The notes beneath the pieces were generated by a model that worked only from the letters and a program-made list of their open reading frames with translations, was not told the DNA's origin and did no database searches. This document shows positions 1 through 12,757 of a stretch of DNA of 64,000 nt, piece by piece; the stretch's first letter is position 1, and the number at the start of each line of letters is the position of its first letter. The stretch comes from Eledone cirrhosa (Eukaryota), in contig OZ024746.1 of assembly GCA_964016885.1 (NCBI GenBank), forward strand, positions 48,050,001 through 48,114,000. Direction: 5' to 3'. The position numbers and the translations under genes were made by a program.

Positions 1-458
1 GTTTCACGTCCATTTTCCACGCTAGCATGGTAAGTATATACATATCTTTGTATGTATATATGTATACACCAATTGATGATGAAAGAGGATTGCAGCAAAG
101 ATATTTAAATATGAATGCTAGCTTGCAAACTATGAAGCATCTAAAGAGAGTTTTAAAGCTGTTATAGCAAGCAATACTAATGACATATCATTAATTTATT
201 CCAATAAACATAAATTGGCTCCAAAACTAAATCGTCTAAAATAGGGAGGTGGGGGAGGGGGGGGGGTTAACACCATTCCAACAGAAAATTCAATATAGCA
301 GAGAACGATTTATCTCAGAAAATTAATACTACTTTTAATATATTTTTCTTGTTTGTTGAAATATTTTCCAAAATAACATAATACGACAGGCTTTTGTTTG
401 AATAGTTGAAGATGTGTAAAAGTAATTATATATATTTACATACGTACGTACGTATGTA

Positions 459-503
<45 letters not shown>

Positions 504-566
504 ATACATACATACATATACATACACATATATATAATTACTTTTACACATCATCAACTTTGTATG

Positions 567-1172
567 TCAGGTCACCAGTTGGTGCTACTGGTAACATGTA
601 TCCCAGTACAACCTGTCTCATGGTCGGGTCGTTGGCGACTAAACTGGCAACCCCACCAAGGTTTTTTGGTGAGGAGGGTGACTTTGGACATCCTGCAGGA
701 CTAAAAACAAAACCTGTCAAAGGGCAAAGGAGCTCTTAAGAGTCAATGGTCATCCAAAATCACCGGGAGTGATGACCCCTTAGCCTTTGTCAAAGCAGAA
801 TTCTAGGAGAAGGAAAACTCTGATATAACACCTGCAACCCTGATGGTATCCAATGATGTTGACTTGTTCTTCTTTTTGGTAAATATCATCTTGGTTAAGA
901 GAGTGGGACTGGCTTTGTGCAGTGCCTTTGCTCACTATAAAAGCTTCACGGCACAGGCATTACTTTATATCTGGAGATCTCTCTGCACTTGTCGTCACAT
1001 GGTACCATGGGCTCAGCACTATGTGTCAATAATTGTCACAAGTGTAGTGTTTGTACCAGAGTTTTCAAGTCGCTGGCTGGACTAAAAAGTCACACTTGCT
1101 CAGCGCATCGGTAGGGGTTCTCCTACATGGATATAAAGTAGTGGCCGTACTCGAAAACGAGTTGGCAGCCAC
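567..1172 (+). mobile_element. Interspersed repeat (probable LINE 5' region/SINE-like), with an inverted partial copy at 2028-2213
   Basis: 567-760 is the approximate reverse complement of 2028-2213 (ctggtaacatgta..cccagta; ggtgaggagggtga..ttggaca). GC-richer island between microsatellites. Confidence 0.55.
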
Positions 1173-1307
1173 CATATATATATATATATATATATAAGTA
1201 TATATATATATATTTATATATATATATACACATATGCATGTGTGTATACATATATACACATACATATATACATATATATATTCATATATACATATATATA
1301 TATATTC

Positions 1308-1339
<32 letters not shown>

Positions 1340-1510
1340 TCATATATATATATATATATATTCATATATACATATATACATATTCATATATACATATATA
1401 CATATATATACATATATATTCATATATACATATATATTCATATATACATATACATATATACATATATATATATATTCATATATACATATATTCATATATA
1501 CATATATTCA

Positions 1511-1543
<33 letters not shown>

Positions 1544-1564
1544 TCATATATACATATATTCATA

Positions 1565-1596
<32 letters not shown>

Positions 1597-1883
1597 CATA
1601 TATATATATATACATATATATATATATTCATATATATATATATTCATATATATATATACATATATATATATACATATATATATATATTCATATATACATA
1701 TATTCATATATACATATATTCATATATATATACATATATATTCATATATACATACATATATATATATTCATATATACATATATACATATATTCATATATA
1801 TACATATATATATATATATTCATATATTCATATATACATATATACATATTCATATATTCATATATATATATATATATATATAT
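1173..1883. repeat. Compound (TA)n/(CATATA)n/(TATTCA)n microsatellite
   Basis: Read directly; it explains the YI/HI-repeat pseudo-ORFs. Confidence 0.97.
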
Positions 1884-2214
1884 CATCATCATCATTTTCC
1901 CAAAAAGAAGAAATGGTTTACATCATTGTATGCAAACGCTGTTAGAGGTTTTATTATATCAGAGTGACTTTCACCTAGAGAGATGTCTTAATGAAAACAA
2001 TGAGCTTCTTGCTCCACAAAAAAAAAAAATATTGGATGGCCTTTGACTCTCCTTAGTTCGTCCGCCCTTCAACAGGATTTGTTTTTCATCCCGCAGGGTG
2101 TCCAAATTCACCCTCCTCACCAAGCAAGTTAGGTAGGTTGCCAGTTTAGTAGCCGACAACCCGACCATGCAGAGGTTATACTGGGTTACATGTTACCAGT
2201 GGCACTGAATAGCA

Positions 2215-2269
<55 letters not shown>

Positions 2270-2735
2270 TAGATATATAGATAGATAGATAGATACATAT
2301 ATATATATAGATACATATATATGCATACCTAAATATATACATATACATATCAAAATTATGCATACAAACTAATCAAAGAGGAGAGATAAGTGATTAGTTA
2401 TGAGAATTATATAGAAAAGATTCAAATAACAACAATATATATATATATTATCGTTATTTGAATCTAGTGTGTGTCTTTAGTCTGTTGTATTTCCTCTTGA
2501 ATTTGAAAGTACTATCATCTCACCTTCATGAAAATGAAGTCTTATTAAAGACAGTATAAGCAAAAGAACAGTTTGTTAGCCTGTGCATTGTTCATTGATT
2601 GCTTTCTACCATGCCACATCATATATAGTGATGGAAGTAATTGTATTACATGCATGTAACCTTATCCTCAGTTTATTGCATGTGGTGCCATCAGCATAGT
2701 TTAGTTATATAGAGTATCATTATCTAGTTTATATC

Positions 2736-2918
2736 GGTGGATTGGCAGTATCGGTAGAGGGCCGGACGCCTTGCTTTGAAGCATAGAGTTACCTCCCTTT
2801 ATGATCTGAGTTCAAATCCCGCCGAGGTTAACTTTGCCTTTCATCCTTACGAGGTCGATAAAATAAAGTACCAGTAATGTACTGGGTAATTGATGGCCTT
2901 GTGCCAAAATTAGAAACA
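2736..2918 (+). mobile_element. tRNA-headed SINE with Nin/Deu-like central domain, 17-bp TSD
   Basis: gtggattggcagtatcggtagag...gagttcaaatcc (box B)...ctttgcctttcatccttacgaggtcgataaaataaagtacc. Flanked by attatctagtttatatc at 2719 and 2919. Confidence 0.88.
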
Positions 2919-2963
2919 ATTATCTAGTTTATATCATATTTAATGTTATAATAGTTTAAGAGA

Positions 2964-3182
2964 GCAGTGGATTGGCAGAGTCTGTAGAGCATCGGACAAT
3001 AAACTTTGTGGCATAGAGCTGCGGCCCTTTATGCTCCGAGTTCAAATCCTGCCAGGGTTAGCTTTGCCTTTCATCCTTAGAGGGTTGATAATATAAAGCA
3101 CCTGCAACGTACTGGGGGTTGATTTAATCGACTTTCCTCGCCCCTTCAAATTACTGGCTTTGCGCCTAAAGTAGAAACAATT
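2964..3182 (+). mobile_element. Nin-domain SINE copy
   Basis: Same consensus as 2736-2918; TSD-like agtttaagag on both sides. Confidence 0.85.
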
Positions 3183-3782
3183 ATTACAGTTTAAGAGTAT
3201 ATTGGCTTTGGATATATTAAAATATGAATAGTTTAGTCTGTATTGGTATTTAATACCTTCAGTCTTTATAACAATTTAACATCAGACATGGTGTATTACA
3301 CATTGATGCCACTGTATGTACCATAATGTCACTGTGTATTACAATTTGATACCATCACCTCATATACTTTCATACCATCCATGTTTATTTGCATTGAATA
3401 TGGACATATTATCAAAGCTACTATTTGTTTCTCTGTCCTCTGTGTACATTAGTTAATGGTACTTTTGTTTAATTATTTATGACACAAAGTGAAATCTAAC
3501 AGAGCCAATCTACAATTCACTATAGCTCAGATAGAATAAAGAAAAAAACATTTTTTAGTTTAATAAATTAAACTGATTCTTGAAAATTTAAGTTCAACTG
3601 CTGGTGATAATTCTAATTTACAGCTCCTGTATGATTGTTTTAAATTTTGATGGTTGGCTACAGTGAACTGCTATTCAGAGAGTAGCTCATGGTATTAACT
3701 ACAAGTGGACAAAAAGTACTGGAACATCTAAAATGTACTCTTTCATTCTGCAGTGACAGTATAGTTTTGGAGTCTGATGAGA

Positions 3783-3962
3783 TAATTGTTTCTACTTTAG
3801 GCACAAGGCCAGCAATTACCCAGTGCATTACTGGTAGTTTATTTTATCGATCCCGTAAGGATGAAAGGCAAAGTCAACCTCGGCGGGATTTGAACTCAGA
3901 TTGTAAAGGGACATAACTATGCTGGAAAGCATGGTGTCTGACCCTCTACCGATACTGCCAAT
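3783..3962 (-). mobile_element. Nin-domain SINE copy (inverted)
   Basis: Reverse complement of the same consensus. Confidence 0.85.
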
Positions 3963-4576
3963 TAATGTTGATGCAATTACATAAAGCAAAGTATTTTTTT
4001 TTATTTTTTTTATTCTTTTACTGTTATAACCTCTTTCTATCTTTTCCTTCTTCGTGTCTATTTGAAACATGGTGTATGGGACACTTGTGGCATTTGAACC
4101 ATCTCTATTATTTTCATAATACACGATCAACGAAACACTATGTATATGGAATGTCATTGTTTCTAACTTAAATATTTTATGTGAAAAAGATTTAAATAGA
4201 AAAGAGAAAGTGGGGGAATGACGGGGAAATAAAACATACAAAGTTTGAAGAAATGGAAAACTATAAAAGAGAATAGAGTAAAGAGAAAGAAAGAAAGAAA
4301 GCAGGATGTCATCCTTTAGTAGCAGACAAGCAGTAAGAGTAATGTTGACTAGCAAGCAGATGAGAAAAAATAAGTATATGAGTGAGTGAGCTAGTAAGTA
4401 AGTTACTAAAGGAGCCTTTCTAATTAGATCAAAAGTGTTTGAAAAAAAAAGAAAAGAAAAAGATACAGAAAAGTGATGTAAGAAGATAAGTGAGGAAATT
4501 GCCATTTCTAATAGAAAGGTGAGTAAAAGGTATTTGCTGATAGATTTTTAATTTTTTAATTTTTTTTCATTCTTAC

Positions 4577-4579
4577 CTT
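4577..4579 (-). CDS. NCX: Candidate 3-nt NCX microexon (AAG; adds Glu after ITVNA)
   Basis: Minus strand reads gttttctgtttttgtttttcag|AAG|gtaagaatg: strong acceptor and consensus donor 3 nt apart, phase 1-1. G+AA+G gives ..VNA-E-, leading into the acidic NCX segment. Confidence 0.65.
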
Positions 4580-4956
4580 CTGAAAAACAAAAACAGAAAA
4601 CTCAAGTTTTTTCTGCTTGCAGTTTAAAATGTCTTCCAAAGACTCCAGCAAGAAGCAATGCATACGATAAAAAAAATGGGAGAGAGATAGAAAGAAAGAA
4701 AGAGAGAGAGAGGTTTGCATTATTAAACATGTACAAAAGGTTAACATCATCAATATTAAACTTTACAAATGTGTGTGTATATATCTGTGTATATGCATAG
4801 ATACACACAAACACACACATAAGCACAAACATGCATACTGCATTCCTACAATGCATACATTGTTATGGTCACATGAAACCACAGATAGAAGCTTGAACAA
4901 CAAGAGACACTAATATAAGAAAAGGAAAGTGATTTACAGAGGCTGCAAAACTTTAC

Positions 4957-5470
4957 AATGAAAGAATGAGAGAAGTAGATGAATGAATGAAAGAATGAGA
5001 GAAGTAGATGAATGAGAGAAGTAGATGAATGAATGAAAGAATGAGAGAAGTAGATGAATGAATGAAAGAATGAGAGAAGTAGATGAATGAATGAAAGAAT
5101 GAGAGAAGTAGATGAATGAATGAAAGAATAAATGAAGTAGATGAATGAATGAATGAATGAATGAAGTGAATGAATGAAGGAATGAATCGATGAAGGAATG
5201 AAGTGAATGAATGAATGAAGTGAATGAATGAATGAAGTGAATGAATGAAGTGAATGAATGAATGAAGTGAATGAATGAAGTGAATGAATGAATGAAGTGA
5301 ATGAATGAAGTGAATGAATGAATGAATGAAGTGAATGAATGAAGTGAATGAAGTGAATGAATGAAGTGAATGAATGAAGTGAATGAAGTGTATGTATGTA
5401 TGTATGTATGTATGTATGTATGTATGTATGTATGTATGTATGTATGTATGTATGTATGTATGTATGTATA
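4957..5470. repeat. (GAAT)n-based compound minisatellite followed by (TATG)n
   Basis: Units such as gaatgaatgaaagaatgagagaagtagat, then gaatgaagt, then tatg. Confidence 0.95.
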
Positions 5471-6453
5471 TAATGGATTTACAGCAACTTGGGCAAACAA
5501 CTTCTATTGTAGCCTTGGCTCAACCCAAGCATTCTGAATGGAATCTGGTAGGATCGTAAAATGTTTAGAAGGTCGTTAGATGAACTGTACCTATAATTTA
5601 TAGGCTTAGCCTTGTCACCCACTGAGTTATGATGATTCTGCCAGAGAATTACATTAAAAGTAAATGTAACCGAAGAATACTCAACCACTTACATACTGAT
5701 TTAATGATTAGGGCATGTGTTTAAACATACATATCATCATTACTCGGAATGCGTGAGGAAAGAGCTTTGACAAATAACTAAGGAATGGATTAGTTACTCA
5801 ACTAATAATAAAACTAAAGTGACTCTCAAATGCTGCATGTGTTTTTATCAGCAGCCTTGTCCTCCCAAAGTATAACTATATATATATATACTCTCATGGT
5901 TTTCAATTTTAGAAAGCAGACTTGGTAGCTCCATGCTTTACATAAAGCAAGATAAAATCAAATTTTCTTGAAAAATAAGTTTCATTGCTGCTGTGGGTGA
6001 TGAATGGAAAAAAAAAATCCATAACTAAGCAAACGAAAAACAAACAAACAACACCAACAGCCAAATAGCAAGGACACTGAGCTAAATACAACCAGGCTTC
6101 TGTGTAAACAAGCATAAGACAAAACAAATAAGTGGGAATATCTAGCCACAGGCGTGACAGGGAACAGTAATATGAAGTACTGACAGGGGTTGGTTGAGGT
6201 GAATACTCTCTGGAGTAACAAAAAAGTGAGAGAAATCAAAATCTAAAGCCTATTTTTTTTTGTCATAGCATAATAACAAGTATAATGAAATAGTAATAAT
6301 AATAAAAATAATAATAATTTCTTTTATTATTGTTACATGGCTAGGTAACTTGATGGATGAGTATTGTTTTATTAATTTTTGCTGTCATAGCTACCATATT
6401 TCTCTACAGAATGGATTATGTTGAAACAAATCCATTATTTCTCTATTATTATA

Positions 6454-6850
6454 GGGTGGTGGATTGGCAGTATCAGTAGAGCATCAGGCAACATAGCTTT
6501 GCAGCATGGAGTTATGGCCCTTTATGTTCTGAGTTCAAATCCTGCCGAAGTTAGTTTTGCCTGTCATCCTTATGGGGGTCGATAAAATAAAGCACCAGTA
6601 ATGCACTGTGGTCAATTTAATCGATTTCCCCTCCCCCCAGATTGCTGGCCTTGTGCCTAAAGTAGAAACAATTATTATTACTATTATTTTCATCCTTTTA
6701 TTGTTTCCAACATCGGTTGCCGTTGTTGCCAATAAGAGAAATCCTTATTTGAGGTTAACTTTGCCTTTCAACCTTATGGGGTCGATAAAATAAAGTACCA
6801 GTAATGCACTGGGTGATTGCTGGCCTTGTGCCAAAAGTAGAAACAATTAT
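6454..6850 (+). mobile_element. Nin-domain SINE plus a 5'-truncated second copy
   Basis: Full copy 6454-6672; partial copy about 6750-6850. Confidence 0.8.
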
Positions 6851-8393
6851 TATCTATTATTGCTTCTATTATTTTGTGCGAGTGAATACCAGCAAATATT
6901 TTGGAATAGTGGGATCCTTGAACAGGTAGATTATGAGTACAATAGAGTCATGACAGAGGATGAAAGTAAGCATTCATGCAATCACAGCCATACATTGTAA
7001 AGCAGGGAGTTAAAATTGAAGGGTCATAAGTATTGGTATGAGAAAGAAGGTAGTGGAACAAAATCAATAATGAAAATAAAAAAATGACAAATTCTATTTA
7101 TTTCTTGGGTTTCGAAAATATATTTTTTAAACAAAAAATAGATTTTTAAAAACAAAATATGAAAATAAGAATAAAAAAAAATTATATGAAACAAAAATTG
7201 AAATGAAAATAAAGTAATGGGGTGTAATAAAAATAAAGAAAAGGGAAGAAAAAATAAAGAAAAAGAAACAAAAATTATAAAAATTAGAATCTAAAAGAAA
7301 AACCTTAAAATAAAATAAAATCAAAAGAAAAAAAATGAGTGGCAAGAAAAGGGAGAGTTCCATATGACAATGAAAGACGGGTTTACAAATGGTACATGAC
7401 ATTGTGTGAGGTGAGAGCATCACAAAAAATCAGAATCATTCATATGACATGTTCAGAGAACATTTACATCAAAGTGGAAAGGCTTTTGCGAGAGTCTCTG
7501 GATGAAATGATAACACATTTATTTTTACAATATATCAGTGTAATGGGGATTTTCATCATGAAATTGAAGTCCCTTTTTAATGACTAAAAGAAATGTTGAT
7601 AACCAAAAGACATCACAGACAATCAAATTCTAAGACATGTGGAGAAAAGTATAAAATATTAATAAGAATGGTAAACAAGTTTCATATAAAGTTAGCTTTA
7701 AATAAGTAGACCTCTATGGTCAAATGTCCATTCTCAGTTGCAGTTATCCATACATTACTTGGGTGACTAATACCCATGAGAAAAGCCTGAAACCCACAAA
7801 AAACAAAAAAATATCAATATTTTCTGATATAAGTTTGTAGTCCTTATACAAAGAACCAATATTATATCAACAGTGGGCTAAAAGTAGACCAAAAATGGTG
7901 CCTTATAATATTTAGCTTTGTCTTTCAACAGTTCAAATTCAAGTTTAAATCCTGCATGTGATGTTTTTTTAATCAGTTTTAAGGTCAATAAAGTAATGTG
8001 AAGTAGTAGCAGCAGCACATGACAAATGAACACCTGTATGGGAATCTCTGAGAAGTAAATGTATCAACTCTGTCTAGCAGGACATTGTGCACAACATCAA
8101 GAAGTGACAAAGATGGTCCTGTGCAATTTATGCCACAGAGGGTTAAATGTGGTGGATATCGTGTCACATACATTGACAATATGAAGCAGGATAATGGCTT
8201 GGAATCTATCCAGGAAATGAAGATGGCAATGATGGACAACAAAGTGTGGTGGACATCATGTCATATACATGAACCTGGTCTGGAATCTATCCAGGAACTG
8301 AAGATGGCAATGCTGGACAGAGAAATGTGGTAGATTAAATCATTCTTTTTACCAAGAAAATTGAACAAAGAGAAAAGAAAATATAAAACAATT

Positions 8394-8524
8394 CTAACAG
8401 ATGCTTCCTTCTGACAAAAATACTGGAGCATTGAGTGGAATCAACAACAGGAGAATGAACACAACAGCCAGGAATAACACGAAGTAAGTTTCTGTTTGTC
8501 TGAGCTCATAAGAATAATTCTTAA
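8394..8524 (-). CDS. Candidate alternative terminal exon (single hydrophobic helix then stop)
   Basis: Long pyrimidine-rich acceptor ttctttcctttcatgtctcttgatatttgcgacttag|. Open in the required phase 1: VKNYSYELRQTETYFVLFLAVVFILLLLIPLNAPVFLSEGSIC*. Confidence 0.25.
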
Positions 8525-9460
8525 CTAAGTCGCAAATATCAAGAGACATGAAAGGAAAGAAATTAAAATCAATATTTTCTTTTTTTTTTTATTGTTTTTT
8601 AACCGAATATTTTGATATAGTTTAAAACACATCTGCTACTGAGTATGGTTATATATAGATACAGTACACCTCAGCTCAGTAAGATAGACAGAAGATGAAT
8701 CAATTAACATTTTGCTTCCATATTGTTTCTTAATACAGCAACCTTTGGAAGCCTATTATTTAAAAGAATAAATCAAAGAATCACTAATATATACATTCAT
8801 GAATACATAAATCACTGGATGTATTGATATACTTTTCCTTTCTTAATCACAATACATATGAAATTCAATGTTTTATGTTATTATTAACTAAACTTAAGCT
8901 TACTCTAGAATTGTACAAAAGTACTATTGATAACACATTTTTCTTCTCTCAACAACAGCACATTCACTAACAGCTGTCACTTACCCTCTTACCAAGCATA
9001 GTAAAGTCTTATGGCACATTCACAATATCTAGGATATTTCTAGCACCATTTATATATGCTTAATATAATCTACTGCATTTGTCCACTTCAAAGCAACACA
9101 GCTGATACAATACTTAAGACAGACATAAGTTAAATAGTGACACAATGATATACAATTACAACACACAAATACAGATTCTGATAAACAGAAAAAATAAATA
9201 ATTTTCAATATCAAATGATCACAGATAAATAGTTTTTTCAATAATTAAATATATCTTTTAAAACGTAAGTAAACTTTCAGAAAATAAAATTGATAGTTTG
9301 ATAGTTTACACATATCTGCTCAAATACATATAAACACACACATGCATCACTATATATATATATATGGTGATGTATTTGTGTGTTTATATATATATGCATG
9401 GATAGCAAGATAGAAAGATAAAGATGGATAGACATATATACAGTACAGTAGTTTACTGAC

Positions 9461-9560
9461 CTGCATTTACTGTTATAGCCTCAATGAACTGTTCCCTCCA
9501 GGATGAAGTGCTAACTACAAGAGACAAGTTAGCCTTCTTTAGTAACTTGTCAACCACACT
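9461..9560 (-). CDS. NCX: Na+/Ca2+ exchanger exon: post-CBD2 helix/linker (phase 0 to phase 1)
   Basis: Acceptor ctcttatatttttcag|AGT and donor GCAG|gtcagt; 100 nt. Translates SVVDKLLKKANLSLVVSTSSWREQFIEAITVNA, versus NCX1 STVDKLIKKTNLALVVGTNSWREQFIEAITVSA. Confidence 0.97.
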
Positions 9561-10344
9561 CTGAAAAATATAAGAGAAAAATGGGTTGAGTCTAAATGAT
9601 AAATAATTATTTCATCCCAACAGGTAGTACAGATCAAGTTGGTGAGGTTTAAGAGGTTATAGCAGGCTGTGTTTCATAGATTATCAGGACACTAGACCAA
9701 AAGTTGTCAGTTTGTATCCTGAATTTGCACTTTATGGCCAAAACATTTGTTCCTGAAATGGCCAAGTCGACCTAGTTGAAAATATATACCAGAAGTAAGA
9801 AACATCTCACTATTATATGTTATAGTAGCACAGTAAAATTGACAAGTGGCTCATTGGTCAGCATTGCTTCCAGTGGATACAGCTCTTCCAACTTGGTTAC
9901 TCTTGTTACATTGAACTGAGAAGAAATCCCAGTGAACCAAAACACCATAGGTTATAAAACTTGTCAGAGACATTTAATGCATTTCAAAGAATTGATATTA
10001 GATGTTATTAGATGATCTTCTACGAGCTGCTCTATATTCCAAGAAAAAAAAAAATTTATAATACTTGGAGGAATTCTATGAAACTGTGCTTTGTTTAAGA
10101 AAGTAAAGTAAAGGCAGTGGCTTAGTAGTTAGGGAATTGGATTCGCAATCATGAGCTTGTGAGTTTGAGATTTGTGGGCATTGTCTCTTTGAACAAGATA
10201 CTTTATTTCATGTTGTTCCTTCTACCAGGAGTTGCAATCAGTAGATAGTATAAGCAATGGAAAGAACAATGGAAACATTGTTTTCTTGGTACGGTTTGAT
10301 GAGTCCCACCTCACCTGGTAAGCAACCTTGTCAATCAATTCCCA

Positions 10345-10527
10345 TTAACCCTTTAGTATTTAAACAGGTCATATCTGTTCAAACTGGTTGTGACCAGCCT
10401 CTCATATAGAGATTATGGTATTGTTCCCAAAATAAATAACATCAAAATCTCGTAGATTCAATATTATGTGAGATATTATACAATAGTATATATATATAGA
10501 GAGTAATGTAAATGCTAAAGGGCTTAA
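10345..10527. mobile_element. TTAA-flanked (piggyBac-like) MITE; second copy 43766-43963, related element 24933-25044
   Basis: ttaaccctttagtattta...taaatgctaaagggcttaa terminal inverted repeats. Internal sequence is shared with 43766-43963. Confidence 0.7.
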
Positions 10528-11449
10528 GAAAGTAAAGTTTTTGAAACATGGTTATAATTGATCATTCTACTTTTATATTTGTTACCATATTTTCTAATTA
10601 ATGAGCTAATAAGCTAATAGTTTTAATTAAAATCATCCAAGAAATGTTAAGACAATGGACTTTAAAGCTCATATAAGCATGAATGAAGAACTATCATTGA
10701 ATATAAGAGGAATCAGGAGAGAGGATTGTGTTGATACAGACATGTAATACTTATGGATGATTGTCACTGGGTAAAGAACTGTCCAAGATTTCCAAGTGGA
10801 AGGAATTTGGGAATAGGTAAACCACAAAAAAACGTGGGAAGGGGTGATGAAACCTGATCTCAAGAAACTATAACTAACAAAAGAGATGACAAAGGAAAGT
10901 AGCCAGTGAACAAATGCTGTACTGGTGAGGACTAGTCTAACCCATGCAAGAAGGGAAAAATAGACATAACAATGATGATGATGATGAAATGACATTCTTC
11001 TATATATACTGAGTACTTTTTCTCTTGCATGTTAACCTAAATGTACACACACACACGCATAATCAAGACAGCAACCTGACAATATCTCTAATGCTGGTGC
11101 CATGATTAGTGAATCTCAAGTTTTCTAAATATCTACCAATAACATGTAATAACATGTAATCATTTTCTTTTCTCACAAAATCAATTTCATGGTTGGCTTT
11201 TGAAAATGATAATCAAATATGTGATGAATTTTAAAAATCTATAAATTACCAACTTCACAAAAAAACATGACTGAAGTTCAATCACTCACATCAATAAATC
11301 AATCATTCTTTCATGCTTAATATGTTAATCTTCCTCTTTAATTAATCTTTGGAAAATATATAGCACTCTTATTGTCCTCTACATTCACTGCTATTTCCTA
11401 TATTTATGTCTACTGTACTTGCCGTAAATAGATATATAGGTTCATTGCA

Positions 11450-11808
11450 ATGTCTGCCAAGAAGGATAAATTGCTGATGGTGCCACGATAAAATGCTTCC
11501 AGTACACTTTGTAAAATGGCTGTTGTTAGGAAGGCCATCCAGCTGTAGAAGCCATGTCTGCCAAGAAGGATAAATTGGTGATGGTGCCACGATAAAATGC
11601 ACCCAGTACACTTTGTAAAATGGTTGTTATTAGGAAGGGCATCCAGCTGTAGAAGCCATGCAAAAACTAGAACATAAGGGAAATGTAATCCGTGGTTTGT
11701 CTAGGAGAACAATAATTCCTGAATAAGCAATGACTTGGTCTGCAATGACCTATCCAACTCATCCCAATGTGGAAAAGCAGACAGAATATGATGATGATGA
11801 TGATGATG
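11450..11808 (+). mobile_element. SINE 3' region with RTE-derived tail, internally duplicated
   Basis: ggtgccacgataaaatgc..ccagtacactttgtaaaatgg..ggaag..catccagctgtagaa occurs twice; ends in (gat)n. Confidence 0.7.
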
Positions 11809-12635
11809 TAATTCTATCTTTCTTTCCTATATTTACCATAAAAGCTACCGTGAGCTACAGAGATGCAGGGTAGCTGCCTGTCAGATAAGTTTTTGTATCT
11901 CTGATGTTAATTGTTGTAATGGTAATATCACAGATATTAATTTATGAATAGCATCACAGAGATATGGAATGAAATGAAATTAACACTAATTTTATATTTA
12001 TCTATTTTAAACTAGATTCTTTCCTTCTCTCTCCTAGCCCCCCCCCCCCCCCCCCTGCTATATCGCCTATCTATTTATTTTCAACATTTCTCTATCTACA
12101 GTACTAAGTGTGATAATGGCGATATCAAATATATTTATTTATGGATAGCATCCCAGAGGCATGAAATGAAATCAAATTAACTCAAGACTAATTATTTATT
12201 TATCTAATTTAAACTAAACTTTTTTCTCTCTTGCAAGTAATTCTCTCACTCTCTCATCTCCAAGCCTTCTCTTTCTTTTACTAAACCATCTAGCAAACAT
12301 GTTTATGCAGCAACATAGCAGTGTTCCACCATCTCACACCCATAGCCTATCATGACAAATTTGACCAGTCAGCTTTACTCCAGCTATATTCACAAGTATG
12401 AACAACTATCATTACTCTATCTAAACTATCTTGACAATGCTTGGCAACAAGAGAACTCTTATATGATTGCCTGTGTGGTCCTGATTAAAGCACTTGAGCA
12501 CCACCATAAATCTGCGTTTTTTTTTTTTCCTTTTTTTTTCTTATTTGCCTTTTTTTAATCTCATTTAATAATGCAACAACAACAAAAAATCAGTACATTG
12601 GAGGAAAATTTCATGAGAAATCAAAGCACAGAGAC

Positions 12636-12757
12636 CTTGAATTCTGTACTCTCAGTTATGTGAACTGTAATCTTGATATTTTCACCACGCCTAGGTTTTC
12701 CAAGTTCAATCAACACAGGATCATCTTCTTCCACTGGCTGATTATCAGATCCACTAC
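12636..12757 (-). CDS. NCX: Na+/Ca2+ exchanger exon: end of CBD2 F-G loop and strand G (phase 1 to phase 0)
   Basis: Acceptor ttctatctcttcttcag|GTAGT and donor TTCAAG|gtctct; 122 nt. Translates (G)SGSDNQPVEEDDPVLIELGKPRRGENIKITVHITESTEFK, matching the NCX motif seen in NCX1 as IAEMGRPILGEHTKLEVIIEESYEFK. Joins in frame to the next exon. Confidence 0.95.

Noticed and set aside
335-2046. Long YIYI/HIYI ORFs (also 4934-5500, 53328-54650, 56176-56737, 60112-62842)
   Set aside because: Stop-free translations of microsatellites.
3828-4505. 225-aa hydrophobic minus-strand ORF
   Set aside because: T-rich intron running into a SINE; no similarity to the NCX transmembrane exon expected next (EEKLPSC..MHF..FWKVLFAF), which was not found in the window.
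6890-8335. Coding-like plus-strand patches (ILEQVDYEY.., duplicated ggaatctatccagg unit)
   Set aside because: Resemble decayed RTE C-termini rather than a nested gene.
11826-11846. 6- or 18-nt exon-like motif between the two constitutive exons; similar weak 3-nt motifs near 5693 and 38317 and a 6-nt motif near 48407
   Set aside because: Weak pyrimidine tracts or location in a repeat tail; expected by chance in 64 kb.
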